Positions 35,986 to 45,745 of a stretch of 64,000 bases of DNA are shown here, one piece after another. Source of the DNA: Bacteroidota bacterium (GTDB lineage Bacteria > Bacteroidota > Bacteroidia > Flavobacteriales > Schleiferiaceae). Positions within the stretch are counted from its first letter, which is position 1, and each line of letters begins with the position of its first letter. The notes below the pieces were generated by a model. That model ran no database searches and was not told the DNA's origin. It saw only the letters and a program-made list of their open reading frames with translations. Made by a program: the position numbers and the translations under genes. The stretch spans positions 21,110 through 85,109 of the forward strand of contig VGFU01000004.1 in the NCBI GenBank assembly GCA_016868755.1, given 5' to 3'.

Positions 35986-37374
35986 ATGAAAAACCTCCTT
36001 TTATGTGCCCTCACCCTGGGGGCAGCAAGCACGGCATGGGCACAGCAGAGCACCTCGGTGGTTTGGATGCAGCAAAGTCCGCTCTACGGCACCGCACGCT
36101 ACAACGGATCAGCCGGCGCTCTGGCAGCCTTGGGGGGCGATGGAAGCTCGAGCCTCGAAAACCCCGCACTGATGAACAGTTCCACGTTTGGCGGAATGGA
36201 GTTCTCTGGGCATTTGCGCAACGACTGGGGCGACCTCAAAAGCCAAGGCGGAGGCGTTGGACAGGCCTACCTTGCTGGAGCGTGGCGGATTAACTCCAAA
36301 ACGCGCATGTCGCTGGGCTTGGCCTACCAGCGCGACGCTTGGTTCCCCAACTACTGGATTCAAACCGAGATCAATCCGAGTCAATCGGCGGTCGCTCAGT
36401 GGGTTTCAGCGTCCAACGGACTCAGCCCAACGCAGTTGCTGGAACAGGGCAAGTACGATGCCTACGTGGCCTATATGGGCTACTTAACTGAGGTCGGAAG
36501 CGGAAACAGCTACACGGCATATGCCGACGGGCTGCCCAGCTTTCGGCAAACGAGGTTCATGCGCGAGTACGAACGCACGTCGTGGTCGTTGCCCGTAGCC
36601 CTTAAAACCGACAAGTTTGCGCTCGGACTCCGCATCGAACGGCGCGACGGCCGCAGCCAAGAACGGCTCTCGATGAACGAATCAGGGTTTAATCCCGCGG
36701 GGGTAACCGCGTCCTACCGCAAAATGGTGGTAGACAGCACCCGTTGGGGGCAGTGGACGGTTCGCCTGGGGGCTGCGCTGCAGGCTAGTCCGTCGCTTCG
36801 CCTGAGCGCCGCGGTGCAGCCCGGCACCATGGCACGGGTCCAGTGGGATTACCGCAACCGCGTTACCCCGACCGCCACCAATCCCGAATCCAATTTGACG
36901 CCGTTTGAGCTGTACGACAACCAAACGTTTAGTTACCAACTGCCGCTACAGGTCCAGTTCGGCGCAGCCCAAACGTTTGCTTCGCGCGGAGCGCTTTGCG
37001 CCGTGTGGACCTACACGGGAGCAGTTAATGCCGTGATCATTGATCCCTTGGACTACTACGAACTGGGGCGCGAACTGGCCTCCCAACTTCAAGCCCACCA
37101 CCAGGTCCGCATTGGCGGAGAATACCGCGCCACCGAAGAATGGACGCTCCGCGGCGGCTATCAGTGGTCCGAGTCGGGAACCGAATTTGCGGACCACAGC
37201 GCGTTCCAGATGTTTGGCCTCGGCGTCGGATACCAAGAGCGCGACTGGGGCTTTGATGTGGCCTACCAACTCACCTCACGAACAGGGAGCATCAAAAACC
37301 CCGCTACCGAGGCCGATTGGGCACTCAACACCCTTAACCAACGGCTGAGCGCCACCTACAAGGTGCGGTTCTAG
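35986..37374 (+). CDS. outer-membrane beta-barrel protein, FadL/PorV-like (tentative)
   Basis: Signal peptide ...STAWAQ. N-terminal GTARYNGSAGALAALGGDGSSSLENPALM resembles the FadL/PorV-family plug motif. Alternating beta-strand pattern and C-terminal ...TYKVRF. Confidence 0.55.
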   Translation: MKNLLLCALTLGAASTAWAQQSTSVVWMQQSPLYGTARYNGSAGALAALGGDGSSSLENPALMNSSTFGGMEFSGHLRNDWGDLKSQGGGVGQAYLAGAWRINSKTRMSLGLAYQRDAWFPNYWIQTEINPSQSAVAQWVSASNGLSPTQLLEQGKYDAYVAYMGYLTEVGSGNSYTAYADGLPSFRQTRFMREYERTSWSLPVALKTDKFALGLRIERRDGRSQERLSMNESGFNPAGVTASYRKMVVDSTRWGQWTVRLGAALQASPSLRLSAAVQPGTMARVQWDYRNRVTPTATNPESNLTPFELYDNQTFSYQLPLQVQFGAAQTFASRGALCAVWTYTGAVNAVIIDPLDYYELGRELASQLQAHHQVRIGGEYRATEEWTLRGGYQWSESGTEFADHSAFQMFGLGVGYQERDWGFDVAYQLTSRTGSIKNPATEADWALNTLNQRLSATYKVRF

Positions 37375-37407
37375 GGTGCTTCGCGTTCCGTGGCGTATTT
37401 TCGGAAC

Positions 37408-40400
37408 ATGAAGCGTATTATTTGGATTGCGGCCTTTGCGGCCCTGCCGGCCAGTTTGCTGGCCCAGAAGTTAGATGCCCTGGCGTTCCGCAGCGTGGGC
37501 CCTGCCCTCACCAGCGGGCGCGTGGCGGACCTTGCCGTGAACCCGAACAACCCCGATGAATGGTACGTCGCAGCCGCGTCGGGCGGAGTCTGGAAAACTT
37601 CCAACCATGGCGTCACGTTTGAACCGCTTTTTGACGACCAAGGCTCGTACTCCATTGGTTGCGTAACTCTGGATCCGAGCAACCCCCACACCGTTTGGGT
37701 CGGCACTGGCGAGAACAACAACCAGCGGTCGGTAGCCTACGGCGACGGGGTTTATAAGTCCATCGACGGCGGTGCGAGCTGGACCAACATGGGCCTCAAG
37801 GCCTCAGAACACATCGGCATGATCGCCGTGCATCCCAAAAACGCCAATACCGTATGGGTCGCAGCCTACGGCCCGCTCTGGAGCAGCGGGGGCGAGCGCG
37901 GGATTTACAAAACCACCGACGGTGGCAAAACCTGGCGCCGGGTCCTTCACGTTTCAGACCACACGGGCTTTAACGAGGTTCACGTCGACCCGCGCAACCC
38001 CAACGTACTGTTCGCCACAGCCCACCAGCGCCGTCGCCACGTGCACACCTTTGTGTCGGGCGGACCCGAATCCGGCCTATGGAAGTCTGAAGACGGCGGC
38101 GAAACCTGGTCCGAGGTAAAAGGCGGAATTCCGAGCGGAGACAAAGGCCGACTGAGCTTGGCCATATCGCCGGTAAACCCCGACGTGCACTACCTAATGA
38201 TCGAGGGCCACGGAACCTACCGAAGCACCAACCGCGGCGCATCCTACAGCAAGCGCAGCGACCACGCTACATCGGGCAATTACTACGTGGAACTGATCGC
38301 ATCCAAGCACGACGCCGACGTGGTCTACAGCATGGACACCTACGCTCAGTGGTCCGAGGACGGCGGAGCTACGTTTAAACGCTTGGGTGAGAAAAACAAG
38401 CACGTCGACAACCACGCATTTTGGCAGAGCCCCAGCAACCCCAAGCACCTCGTGATGGGCTGCGACGGAGGCGTGTACGAATCCTGGGACCATGCCGCTA
38501 CCTGGCACTACAAGGACAACCTACCCATCACGCAGTTTTACCGCGTGTCCGTCGACAACGCCTTGCCGTTTTATGGCATTTACGGCGGCACCCAAGACAA
38601 TTTTTCGCTAGGCGGTCCGAGCCGAACCATCAACGACCGCGGTATTGTCAACAGCGATTGGTACGTGACCCAAACGGGCGATGGTTTTGAGTCGCAAGTT
38701 GATCCCAACGATCCCAACATCGTTTATGCCCAAGCCCAATACGGCGGCCTGCAGCGCTTCGACAAAAAGTCGGGCGAAGGCGTCAACATCAAGCCCATTG
38801 AGCCTGCGGGAGGCACGGCATGGCGGTGGAACTGGGATGCCCCGTTGCTGATTAGTCCGCACGACGCCAAAACACTGTACTTCGCTGCCAATGTGGTGTT
38901 TAAGAGCACTGACCGCGGCAACAGCTGGACCCCCATTTCGGGCGATTTGTCGCGCCAGCTCGATCGCCACCAGATGCCGGTCATGGGCAAAATTCAAGGA
39001 CTTGACGCCATCGCCTACAAGCAAAGCACGTCGATGTACGGCAACATCACGGCGCTCCACGAGTCGCCGAAAGCCAAGGGACTGCTGGCGGTGGGCACCG
39101 ACGACGGACTCGTGCACCTTTCGAGCGACGGCGGGGCCAACTGGACCCGGCTCGACAAACTGCCAGGCATTCCCGACCTGACCTTTGTGAACGACGTGAA
39201 GTGGTCGCAGCATTCGGCCGACGTGCTCTATGTGGTGTTCAACAACCACAAAAATGGGGACTTCAAACCCTACGTGCTGGTGACCAAAAACCGCGGAAAG
39301 TCCTGGGAGACCCTCAGCACCGGACTGCCGCAGCGCGGCTCGAGCTACGTACTGGCCGAAGACCATAAAGACCCCTCGCTGCTGTTTGTGGGCACCGAAT
39401 TTGGGGTGTACACCAGCACCGACGCAGGCGTGACCTGGACCGAGCTCAAGAAAGGGCTTCCGACCGTAGCCGTGCGCGACATAGCCATCCAGCAGCGCGA
39501 AGACGATTTGGTCTTGGCCACGTTTGGGCGCGGATTTTATGTGCTCGACGACTACAGCCCGCTGCGCGAAATCAAGAACGACATCAAAAAGAACGAAGCG
39601 CTGATTCTTCCGATCAAGCCGGCGCTGCTCTTTCACGAGGCTTCGCCCCTCGGGTACGGCGGAGCCGGGTTCCTGGGAGCCAGCTACTACATGGCCGACA
39701 ATCCCAAAGTGGGCGCGACGTTGACCTACTGGGTGAAGAACGCCCCAAAAACACTCAAGGAGCAGCGCGAAGAGCTCGACAAAAAGTCCGCCACGGGAAG
39801 CTACCCTAGCAAAGAAGCCATTCGGGCCGAGGCTGAAGAAGAAAAACCGTACCTCGCCCTGGTGATTCGCAGCAGCACGGGTAGCGTGGTCCGCGTGCTT
39901 CAAGCCAAGTACAGCAACGGCCTGAAGCGCACCACTTGGGACGGCAAGTTTGCCCGCGGAACGGCGCCCGACCGCGGTTCCTACCTGGCGCCCGAAGGCA
40001 CGTACAGCCTGCAGCTCGTTGGAGTACATGGCGCCAAGGTGGACACGCTGACCAAGCCGAGCGAGTTCGCCGTAAAGCATTTAGCCAACGTGAGCCTCCC
40101 CGCCGAGAAGCCCGCAGACTTGGTCGCCCTGCAAAAGCAGCTCGACGCCCTTCAGGGCCGCATGGACAAGGTGGGGCGCCAAATGGACGATGTGGAGTCG
40201 CGCTTGGAGCGGGCTGAGAAACTGGTTGCCTACGGGACCGCTAACCCGAGTACGCTGAGGACACAGGTTGCCGCGGCGCGTGCCGAATGGCGGGCCCTTA
40301 AGCGGGTGCTCGACGGCGACGAGCTCATCGCGAGTAAGGAGTTTGAAACGCTTCCGGGCTTGCGGGACCGTCTGAGTTCGGCCGTTTGGGGATCGTACGC

Positions 40401-40515
40401 TATTCGCTCCGAGCCCACGCAAACCATGAAGGACCAGCGTCGGGTCGTGGCCGAGCAGCTCACCGACGTAGAAAAGCGCTTAGCCACCCTAATGGCGCAG
40501 AGCGAGGCCTGGTAA
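37408..40515 (+). CDS. large secreted BNR/Asp-box (sortilin/VPS10-like) repeat protein with C-terminal coiled coil
   Basis: Signal peptide MKRIIWIAAFAALPASLLAQ. At least 8 SxDxGxTW-type boxes: SIDGGASWT, TTDGGKTWR, SEDGGETWS, SEDGGATF, STDRGNSWT, SSDGGANWT, KNRGKSWE, STDAGVTWT. N-terminal SGGVWKTSNHGVTFEPLFD. Confidence 0.8.
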   Translation: MKRIIWIAAFAALPASLLAQKLDALAFRSVGPALTSGRVADLAVNPNNPDEWYVAAASGGVWKTSNHGVTFEPLFDDQGSYSIGCVTLDPSNPHTVWVGTGENNNQRSVAYGDGVYKSIDGGASWTNMGLKASEHIGMIAVHPKNANTVWVAAYGPLWSSGGERGIYKTTDGGKTWRRVLHVSDHTGFNEVHVDPRNPNVLFATAHQRRRHVHTFVSGGPESGLWKSEDGGETWSEVKGGIPSGDKGRLSLAISPVNPDVHYLMIEGHGTYRSTNRGASYSKRSDHATSGNYYVELIASKHDADVVYSMDTYAQWSEDGGATFKRLGEKNKHVDNHAFWQSPSNPKHLVMGCDGGVYESWDHAATWHYKDNLPITQFYRVSVDNALPFYGIYGGTQDNFSLGGPSRTINDRGIVNSDWYVTQTGDGFESQVDPNDPNIVYAQAQYGGLQRFDKKSGEGVNIKPIEPAGGTAWRWNWDAPLLISPHDAKTLYFAANVVFKSTDRGNSWTPISGDLSRQLDRHQMPVMGKIQGLDAIAYKQSTSMYGNITALHESPKAKGLLAVGTDDGLVHLSSDGGANWTRLDKLPGIPDLTFVNDVKWSQHSADVLYVVFNNHKNGDFKPYVLVTKNRGKSWETLSTGLPQRGSSYVLAEDHKDPSLLFVGTEFGVYTSTDAGVTWTELKKGLPTVAVRDIAIQQREDDLVLATFGRGFYVLDDYSPLREIKNDIKKNEALILPIKPALLFHEASPLGYGGAGFLGASYYMADNPKVGATLTYWVKNAPKTLKEQREELDKKSATGSYPSKEAIRAEAEEEKPYLALVIRSSTGSVVRVLQAKYSNGLKRTTWDGKFARGTAPDRGSYLAPEGTYSLQLVGVHGAKVDTLTKPSEFAVKHLANVSLPAEKPADLVALQKQLDALQGRMDKVGRQMDDVESRLERAEKLVAYGTANPSTLRTQVAAARAEWRALKRVLDGDELIASKEFETLPGLRDRLSSAVWGSYAIRSEPTQTMKDQRRVVAEQLTDVEKRLATLMAQSEAW

Positions 40516-40533
40516 CCTCGATCGACGCGAACG

Positions 40534-40572
40534 AAAAAGGGCGACCCCGAACAGGGCCGCCCTTTGTTTTTT
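40534..40572. terminator. bidirectional terminator between convergent genes
   Basis: AAAGGGCG ... CGCCCTTT stem with inner CCC/GGG pairing. Flanked by A5 upstream and T-rich GTTTTTT downstream. Confidence 0.55.
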
Positions 40573-40589
40573 CTGCGGATTTAGCCGAA

Positions 40590-41663
40590 CTAAAAGCGGT
40601 ACACGAACGCGTTGATGTTCATGCCCGCCCCAACGCTCGCAAAGAGCGCTACATCGCCTGGGCGAACCTCGTGACCTTGGTACTGCTCGTGGCGCACGAG
40701 ATCGAGCAACGTCGGCACGGTGGCTACCGAGCTGTTGCCCATCCACTGAATGGACATGGGCATAACCGCATCGAGGTCGGGCTGCATACCATAAAGTTTG
40801 TATAGGCGCTCACCCACTCCGTGATCCAGTTTCGCGTTAGCCTGGTGCATGAAAATCTTCGAAACTTCGCTGAGGTGCACCCCGGCGTGGTCGAGGGCCG
40901 CCTTCATGGCGTCGGGCACGTACTTGAGGGCAAACTCATAAATTTTGCGGCCCTTCATGCGGATCAGGCGCTCGTTGGGGTCGCCCGCCGGATTAACCGA
41001 AGGTAGCGACTTGAGGTAGTACGCCTCATCTTTGGTGTAGCTCACCGCAGAATACCCCATGATTCCTTCTCCGTGGGTTTGCGGACGAAGTTCCAAGCAG
41101 GCTGCACCGGCGCCGTCGGCAAAAATCATGGAATCTCGGTCGTGCACGTCGACGACGCGCGAAAGCGTCTCCGTGCCAATTACCAGGGCCTTCACCGCCA
41201 TGCCCGCCTTGAGGTAGGCGTTGGCGACCAGCACGCCCTGAATCCATCCGGGGCAACCTGCCAGCACGTCAAACGCCACGGTGTTGGGATTGGCGATGCC
41301 CAACTTCTCTTTAGTACGCGACGCAATCGACGGCATTTGGTCGATGCGGCGGGTTCCCGGGTCAACATCCCCAAAATTTTGTCCCACGATAAGGAGGTCG
41401 AGCTCCTCGGGGTTCCAGCCCGCGTCGGCCAGCGCTTTGCGGCCGGCTTCGGCCGCCAGGTCCGACGAATTTTGGTCGGCGCGCGCGTAGCGGCGCTCCT
41501 CAATCTCGGTGATTTGCTGGAATTTTTGAATGATGACCTCGTTGCTGTACGCAAACGAATTGCCGTTATCATCCATAAACTGGCGGTCGAGAAAGGCCGA
41601 ATTCGGAACCACTAACTCGGGAAGGACGGACCCAGTACCCGCGATTACTACTGCGTTATTCAT
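40590..41663 (-). CDS. 3-oxoacyl-ACP synthase III family (KAS III/FabH-like)
   Basis: Catalytic triad context AGCPGW (Cys), HQAN (His) and GNSS (Asn). 357 aa. Confidence 0.85.
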   Translation of the reverse strand: MNNAVVIAGTGSVLPELVVPNSAFLDRQFMDDNGNSFAYSNEVIIQKFQQITEIEERRYARADQNSSDLAAEAGRKALADAGWNPEELDLLIVGQNFGDVDPGTRRIDQMPSIASRTKEKLGIANPNTVAFDVLAGCPGWIQGVLVANAYLKAGMAVKALVIGTETLSRVVDVHDRDSMIFADGAGAACLELRPQTHGEGIMGYSAVSYTKDEAYYLKSLPSVNPAGDPNERLIRMKGRKIYEFALKYVPDAMKAALDHAGVHLSEVSKIFMHQANAKLDHGVGERLYKLYGMQPDLDAVMPMSIQWMGNSSVATVPTLLDLVRHEQYQGHEVRPGDVALFASVGAGMNINAFVYRF

Positions 41664-41667
41664 GGGT

Positions 41668-41708
41668 GCAAAGGTACCGTTTTCCTCGGAATGCCCTTGT
41701 ACCTTTGC
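41668..41708. promoter_or_regulatory. perfect 10-bp inverted repeat GCAAAGGTAC-N21-GTACCTTTGC carrying two divergent -7 boxes
   Basis: Arms at 41668-41677 and 41699-41708. Each arm contains TACCTTTG oriented toward the adjacent gene and lies 5 nt from that gene's ATG (41663 and 41713). Confidence 0.55.
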
Positions 41709-41712
41709 CGCT

Positions 41713-42384
41713 ATGAAATCTCACGACCCCGACCACGCGAGTTCAAGCGTGCATACGCCCATTCGATCGGACGCGTTCGCCCTCAGCGACGACGAGAAAA
41801 TTGCGCGCATTGAGGTGCACGTGCGCGGAATCTTGGACACCCTCGGGATGGACCTCAGCGACGACAGCCTGCGCGGAACGCCCAAGCGCGTCGCCAAAAT
41901 GTTCGTCAAAGAGACTTTTGGAGGCCTGCATCCGGACCGAAAACCCGACCTCAACACGTTTGAAAACAGCTACCACTACGGCGAAATGCTGGTAGAAAAA
42001 AACATTGTGGTGTACTCGACCTGCGAACACCACCTGATGCCGATTGTGGGCCGCGCCCACATCGCCTACCTCAGCAAAGACCGCGTGATTGGACTAAGTA
42101 AAATGAACCGCATCGTGGACTTTTATGCCAAACGTCCTCAAGTTCAGGAACGGCTTACCCGCCAGGTGGCGGAATCGCTTGCTGAGGCCCTGGGCACCGA
42201 AGACGTGGCGGTACTCATTGACGCCAAGCACCTGTGCGTCAATGCGCGAGGAATTCGCGACATTCACTCGAGCACCGTGACCGCCGAATACCGAGGACGA
42301 TTTTTGGCCGAAGAAGGGCTCCGCACGGAATTTTTAGCCTACATTCAAACACAAACCACGTTTGGCGACAGCCCCCACACATGA
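41713..42384 (+). CDS. folE: GTP cyclohydrolase I
   Basis: LRGTPKRVAKMF....STCEHHLMPIVGRAHIAY....VIGLSK..R.V...A.RPQVQERLT. Internal ATG chosen. Confidence 0.9.
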   Translation: MKSHDPDHASSSVHTPIRSDAFALSDDEKIARIEVHVRGILDTLGMDLSDDSLRGTPKRVAKMFVKETFGGLHPDRKPDLNTFENSYHYGEMLVEKNIVVYSTCEHHLMPIVGRAHIAYLSKDRVIGLSKMNRIVDFYAKRPQVQERLTRQVAESLAEALGTEDVAVLIDAKHLCVNARGIRDIHSSTVTAEYRGRFLAEEGLRTEFLAYIQTQTTFGDSPHT

Positions 42385-43859
42385 GCACGTTGCACCTGTA
42401 CGATAGCCTTTCTGGCGAACTCAAACCGTTTAAACCCCTGCACGCGCCCAACGTGGGCATGTACGTCTGCGGTCCCACGGTATACAGCGACGTGCATTTG
42501 GGCAATACCCGCACGTTTCTAAGCTTTGACCTGCTGTTTCGCTACCTGATGCATTTGGGCTTTAACGTGCGCTACGTGCGGAACATTACCGATGCCGGCC
42601 ACCTCGAAAGCGACGCCGACTCCGGCGAAGACAAAATTGCCAAGAAGGCGCGCCTCGAGCAGCTCGAGCCCATGGAAATCGTTCAGCGCTATACCGTGGG
42701 GTTCCGCAGCGTTATGCAGGCGTACAATGCCCTTCCGCCTTCCATTGAGCCCACCGCCACCGGCCACATCGTTGAGCAAATTGAGCTAATCAAAAAGCTA
42801 CTCGCCGACGGATTTGCGTACGAGGCCAACGGCAGCGTGTACTTCAGCATCGAAACCTACCTCAAGACCCACCCCTACGGAGAGCTCTCGGGGCGCAGCA
42901 TCGACGACCTGGAGGCGGGTACGCGCGACCTCGACGGGCAGAACGACAAGCGGCACCCGCTTGATTTCGCCCTCTGGAAGAAGGCCTCCACCGAGCACAT
43001 CATGCGCTGGCCCTCACCGTGGGGCGAGGGTTTCCCCGGTTGGCACCTCGAGTGTTCAGCCATGAGCACCAAGTACTTAGGCGACGAATTCGACATTCAC
43101 GGGGGCGGAATGGACCTAAAATTCCCGCACCACGAGTGCGAAATCGCCCAAAACAAGGGTGCGACCGGTCACGGTGGGGCCCGCTACTGGCTGCATGCCA
43201 ACATGCTGACCTTAAACGGTAAACGCATGGCCAAGTCGACAGGCAATACCCTGGATCCGCGCGACCTGATCACGGGCAACAGCCCGCACCTCACCAAGGC
43301 CTACAGCCCCGGTGCTGTGCGCTTTTTCATTCACCAAGCGCACTACCGAAGCGTGCTCGACTTTAGCGACGCCGCGCTTCAAGCCGCAGAGAAGGGCTAC
43401 TACCGCCTGCTTGCCAGCCTCGAGGTGCTGCGGGCTCGCCCAAATCAAGGGCCCGCCCGCGGCTCGTGGTCGGTGGAAGAATGGAACGCCCAATGCTCCG
43501 AGGCCATGAACCAAGACCTTAACAGCCCGGTGCTTATTGCGCAGCTGTTTGAAGCCGCCAAGGCGGTAGCGTCGGACCAAAAAGATCCGCACGTCCTCGG
43601 CACCAAGGGGGCTTCCGAGCTGCTCCAGCTTATGGAAACCTGGCTTTTCAGCGTGCTTGGTTTGGCGCCCGAATCCAACGCCGGAACCGCGAAGTACCAG
43701 CAAGCCCTCGACGCCGCCATGTCGGTGGTGCTTGACGTGCGGCGAAAGGCTCGTGAAACCAAGGACTGGACGACCAGCGACGCCCTTCGCGAGGCCCTTT
43801 CGCGGGGCGGAATCGTGGTGCAGGACGGCCCCGAGGGAAGCAGCTACCGCATCGAATGA
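42381..43859 (+). CDS. cysS: cysteine--tRNA ligase
   Basis: [16 protein letters not shown] (HIGH-type) and [10 protein letters not shown] (KMSKS). ATGA overlap with folE. Confidence 0.95.
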   Translation: MSTLHLYDSLSGELKPFKPLHAPNVGMYVCGPTVYSDVHLGNTRTFLSFDLLFRYLMHLGFNVRYVRNITDAGHLESDADSGEDKIAKKARLEQLEPMEIVQRYTVGFRSVMQAYNALPPSIEPTATGHIVEQIELIKKLLADGFAYEANGSVYFSIETYLKTHPYGELSGRSIDDLEAGTRDLDGQNDKRHPLDFALWKKASTEHIMRWPSPWGEGFPGWHLECSAMSTKYLGDEFDIHGGGMDLKFPHHECEIAQNKGATGHGGARYWLHANMLTLNGKRMAKSTGNTLDPRDLITGNSPHLTKAYSPGAVRFFIHQAHYRSVLDFSDAALQAAEKGYYRLLASLEVLRARPNQGPARGSWSVEEWNAQCSEAMNQDLNSPVLIAQLFEAAKAVASDQKDPHVLGTKGASELLQLMETWLFSVLGLAPESNAGTAKYQQALDAAMSVVLDVRRKARETKDWTTSDALREALSRGGIVVQDGPEGSSYRIE

Positions 43860-44116
43860 AGCGCGTGCTGACTTGGTTGGTTTCTTCGCCGCTGCTCGCA
43901 CTCATTGGTATCTACAAGTACGTGATTTCGCCGCTGACACCGCCGAGCTGCAGGCACTACCCCACCTGCTCCACCTACGCCGCCGAGGCCGTGAACGAAT
44001 GGGGGCCGTGGACCGGCTCCTGGCTTGCCCTCAAGCGCATTAGCCGATGCCACCCTTGGGGGACCCACGGCGCAGATCCTGTCCCTAAAAAGTCCAACTC
44101 CGCCCCAAAGCGCTGA
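43856..44116 (+). CDS. yidD: membrane protein insertion efficiency factor
   Basis: IYKYVISPL...[15 protein letters not shown]...G...[17 protein letters not shown] overlap with cysS. Confidence 0.9.
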   Translation: MKRVLTWLVSSPLLALIGIYKYVISPLTPPSCRHYPTCSTYAAEAVNEWGPWTGSWLALKRISRCHPWGTHGADPVPKKSNSAPKR

Positions 44117-44138
44117 GCAAAAAACCTAACTTTAAGCC

Positions 44139-45209
44139 ATGCTTGCCACCATCACCTGGGTTGCCGACCGCGGCATCGAACTCGGACCGCTGTTTGTGCG
44201 GTACTACCAAGTATTCTTCTTCCTCGGATTCTTTTTTGGGTACCGTTGGATGAAAAAAGTCTTTGTGAAGGAGGGGGTCGACCTAAGTATCCTTGATGCC
44301 CTGCTCTCGACGATGGTAGTCGCCACCGTGGTGGGGGCGCGGTTGGGCCATGTGTTCTTTTATGACTGGAGCTACTACCGTGAGCACGTCGCCGAGATCT
44401 TTATGCCGTGGAAGGGCGGACTCGCCTCGCACGGCGCCGCCATCTCCATAGTCTTAGCCATGCTGTGGTTTGGCCGCAAATACCTGAAACCGATTGGCAA
44501 AAGTCCGCTCTGGATGCTGGACCGCGTGGTCATAACTGTTGCCTTGGCTGGCGCCTTCATTCGCCTCGGAAATTTTACCAACAGCGAGATTTACGGGCAG
44601 CCGCAAAATTCCGCGGTCGAAACCGTGTTTGTGCGCAACATAACCGATTATGTGGAGCGCTACTTCGCCCGCGACGTGGCTGAAGTCCAGTATGTGGCGA
44701 CAGGCAACCACCTGCAAACCGACAGCTTGACGTTGCCCGAATACGAACTGCGCTTCACGCCAACCGCCAACGCCAGCCTCGACGGAGTGCAGTCGATGGT
44801 CGAGCTTTACCTCGAGCCACTGGTCAACCGCCAGACAGCCGACAACCGGCACCTATACCTCCCTCGAGATCAGCTGGTCCGCGAGGAGGACGGGGCCTAT
44901 GTGCTCACCGCCTACGGCATTCCGCGGGCGCCGAGTCAGCTTTATGAGGCCTTAGCCTATGCCTTGATATACGTGCTCTTGCTTGCTTTGTTCAAGCGGG
45001 GGGCTACCGCTCGCGAAGGCCAGATTTTTGGCGTGTTCTTGACTGCCGTCTTCGGATTCCGCTTTGTCATTGAGTTCATCAAGGCCAACCAAAAGGATTT
45101 TGAATCGGGCATGGATTGGAACATGGGGCAGTTGCTCAGCATTCCGCTGGTGGTTGCGGGGGTATTCTTGATAATCCGCAGCCTAAAAACCTCAAAATCT
45201 GCATCATGA
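44139..45209 (+). CDS. lgt: prolipoprotein diacylglyceryl transferase (with a long periplasmic insertion)
   Basis: RYYQVFFFLGF, ARLGHVFFY and GGLASHGAAI motifs, plus C-terminal PSQLYEA...GQIFG. 356 aa compared with the usual roughly 270. Confidence 0.85.
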   Translation: MLATITWVADRGIELGPLFVRYYQVFFFLGFFFGYRWMKKVFVKEGVDLSILDALLSTMVVATVVGARLGHVFFYDWSYYREHVAEIFMPWKGGLASHGAAISIVLAMLWFGRKYLKPIGKSPLWMLDRVVITVALAGAFIRLGNFTNSEIYGQPQNSAVETVFVRNITDYVERYFARDVAEVQYVATGNHLQTDSLTLPEYELRFTPTANASLDGVQSMVELYLEPLVNRQTADNRHLYLPRDQLVREEDGAYVLTAYGIPRAPSQLYEALAYALIYVLLLALFKRGATAREGQIFGVFLTAVFGFRFVIEFIKANQKDFESGMDWNMGQLLSIPLVVAGVFLIIRSLKTSKSAS

Positions 45210-45745
45210 ACCGCACGTTAATCATGCGCGTCGGCGGAGTCCTGCTGGTTCTCGCCCTACTCGGACTGGTGATTCCGGTCGTCCTTTCGTGGTTTAACCA
45301 CAGCGGTTCTGAAATCGGTGAACCGGAGTGTCCGGTTCCCCAGGAGGCCTACGAACCGCCGTTCACCCCTGAAGGCGCCGGTGCGTTTGTGTCTGCCCAA
45401 GGCGACACGTTGGCCGCCTTCACCCTCGAACTCGCCGAAGGCACCGCGGAAACCACTCAAGGTATGATGTACCGCCGCAGCGTACCCGAGGGCACCGGAA
45501 TGCTTTTCATCATGCCCGACGAGCGCTACCAGAGCTTTTGGATGCGCAACACCTATGTTCCGCTCGACATAATTTACCTGAGCGAGGCCGGAACCGTAGT
45601 CAGCATTCAGGCCAACGCCCAGCCTATGAACGAAACGCCGCTGCCGTCTGAAGGGCCGGCCAAGTACGTGCTTGAAATTGCGGGCGGAGCTTCCGCGAAC
45701 CTAAAAATTACCCCTGGAACGAAGTGGTTATGGAAACGAAACTAA
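45206..45745 (+). CDS. DUF192 domain protein
   Basis: GMMYRRSVPEGTGMLFIMPDERYQSFWMRNTYVPLDIIYL and the C-terminal YVLEIAGG pattern. N-terminal TM. ATGA overlap with lgt. Confidence 0.8.
   Translation: MNRTLIMRVGGVLLVLALLGLVIPVVLSWFNHSGSEIGEPECPVPQEAYEPPFTPEGAGAFVSAQGDTLAAFTLELAEGTAETTQGMMYRRSVPEGTGMLFIMPDERYQSFWMRNTYVPLDIIYLSEAGTVVSIQANAQPMNETPLPSEGPAKYVLEIAGGASANLKITPGTKWLWKRN

Noticed and set aside
38608-40080. 490-aa ORF antisense to the BNR/sortilin-like gene. Similar long shadow ORFs lie at 21443-22405, 11385-12188, 2885-3679, 55599-56312, 57691-58326 and 62550-63113.
   Set aside because: All lie entirely inside strongly supported genes on the opposite strand or in another frame. They are Arg/Gly/Ala/Val-rich with no recognisable motifs. 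Stop-free antisense frames are expected in GC-rich coding DNA.
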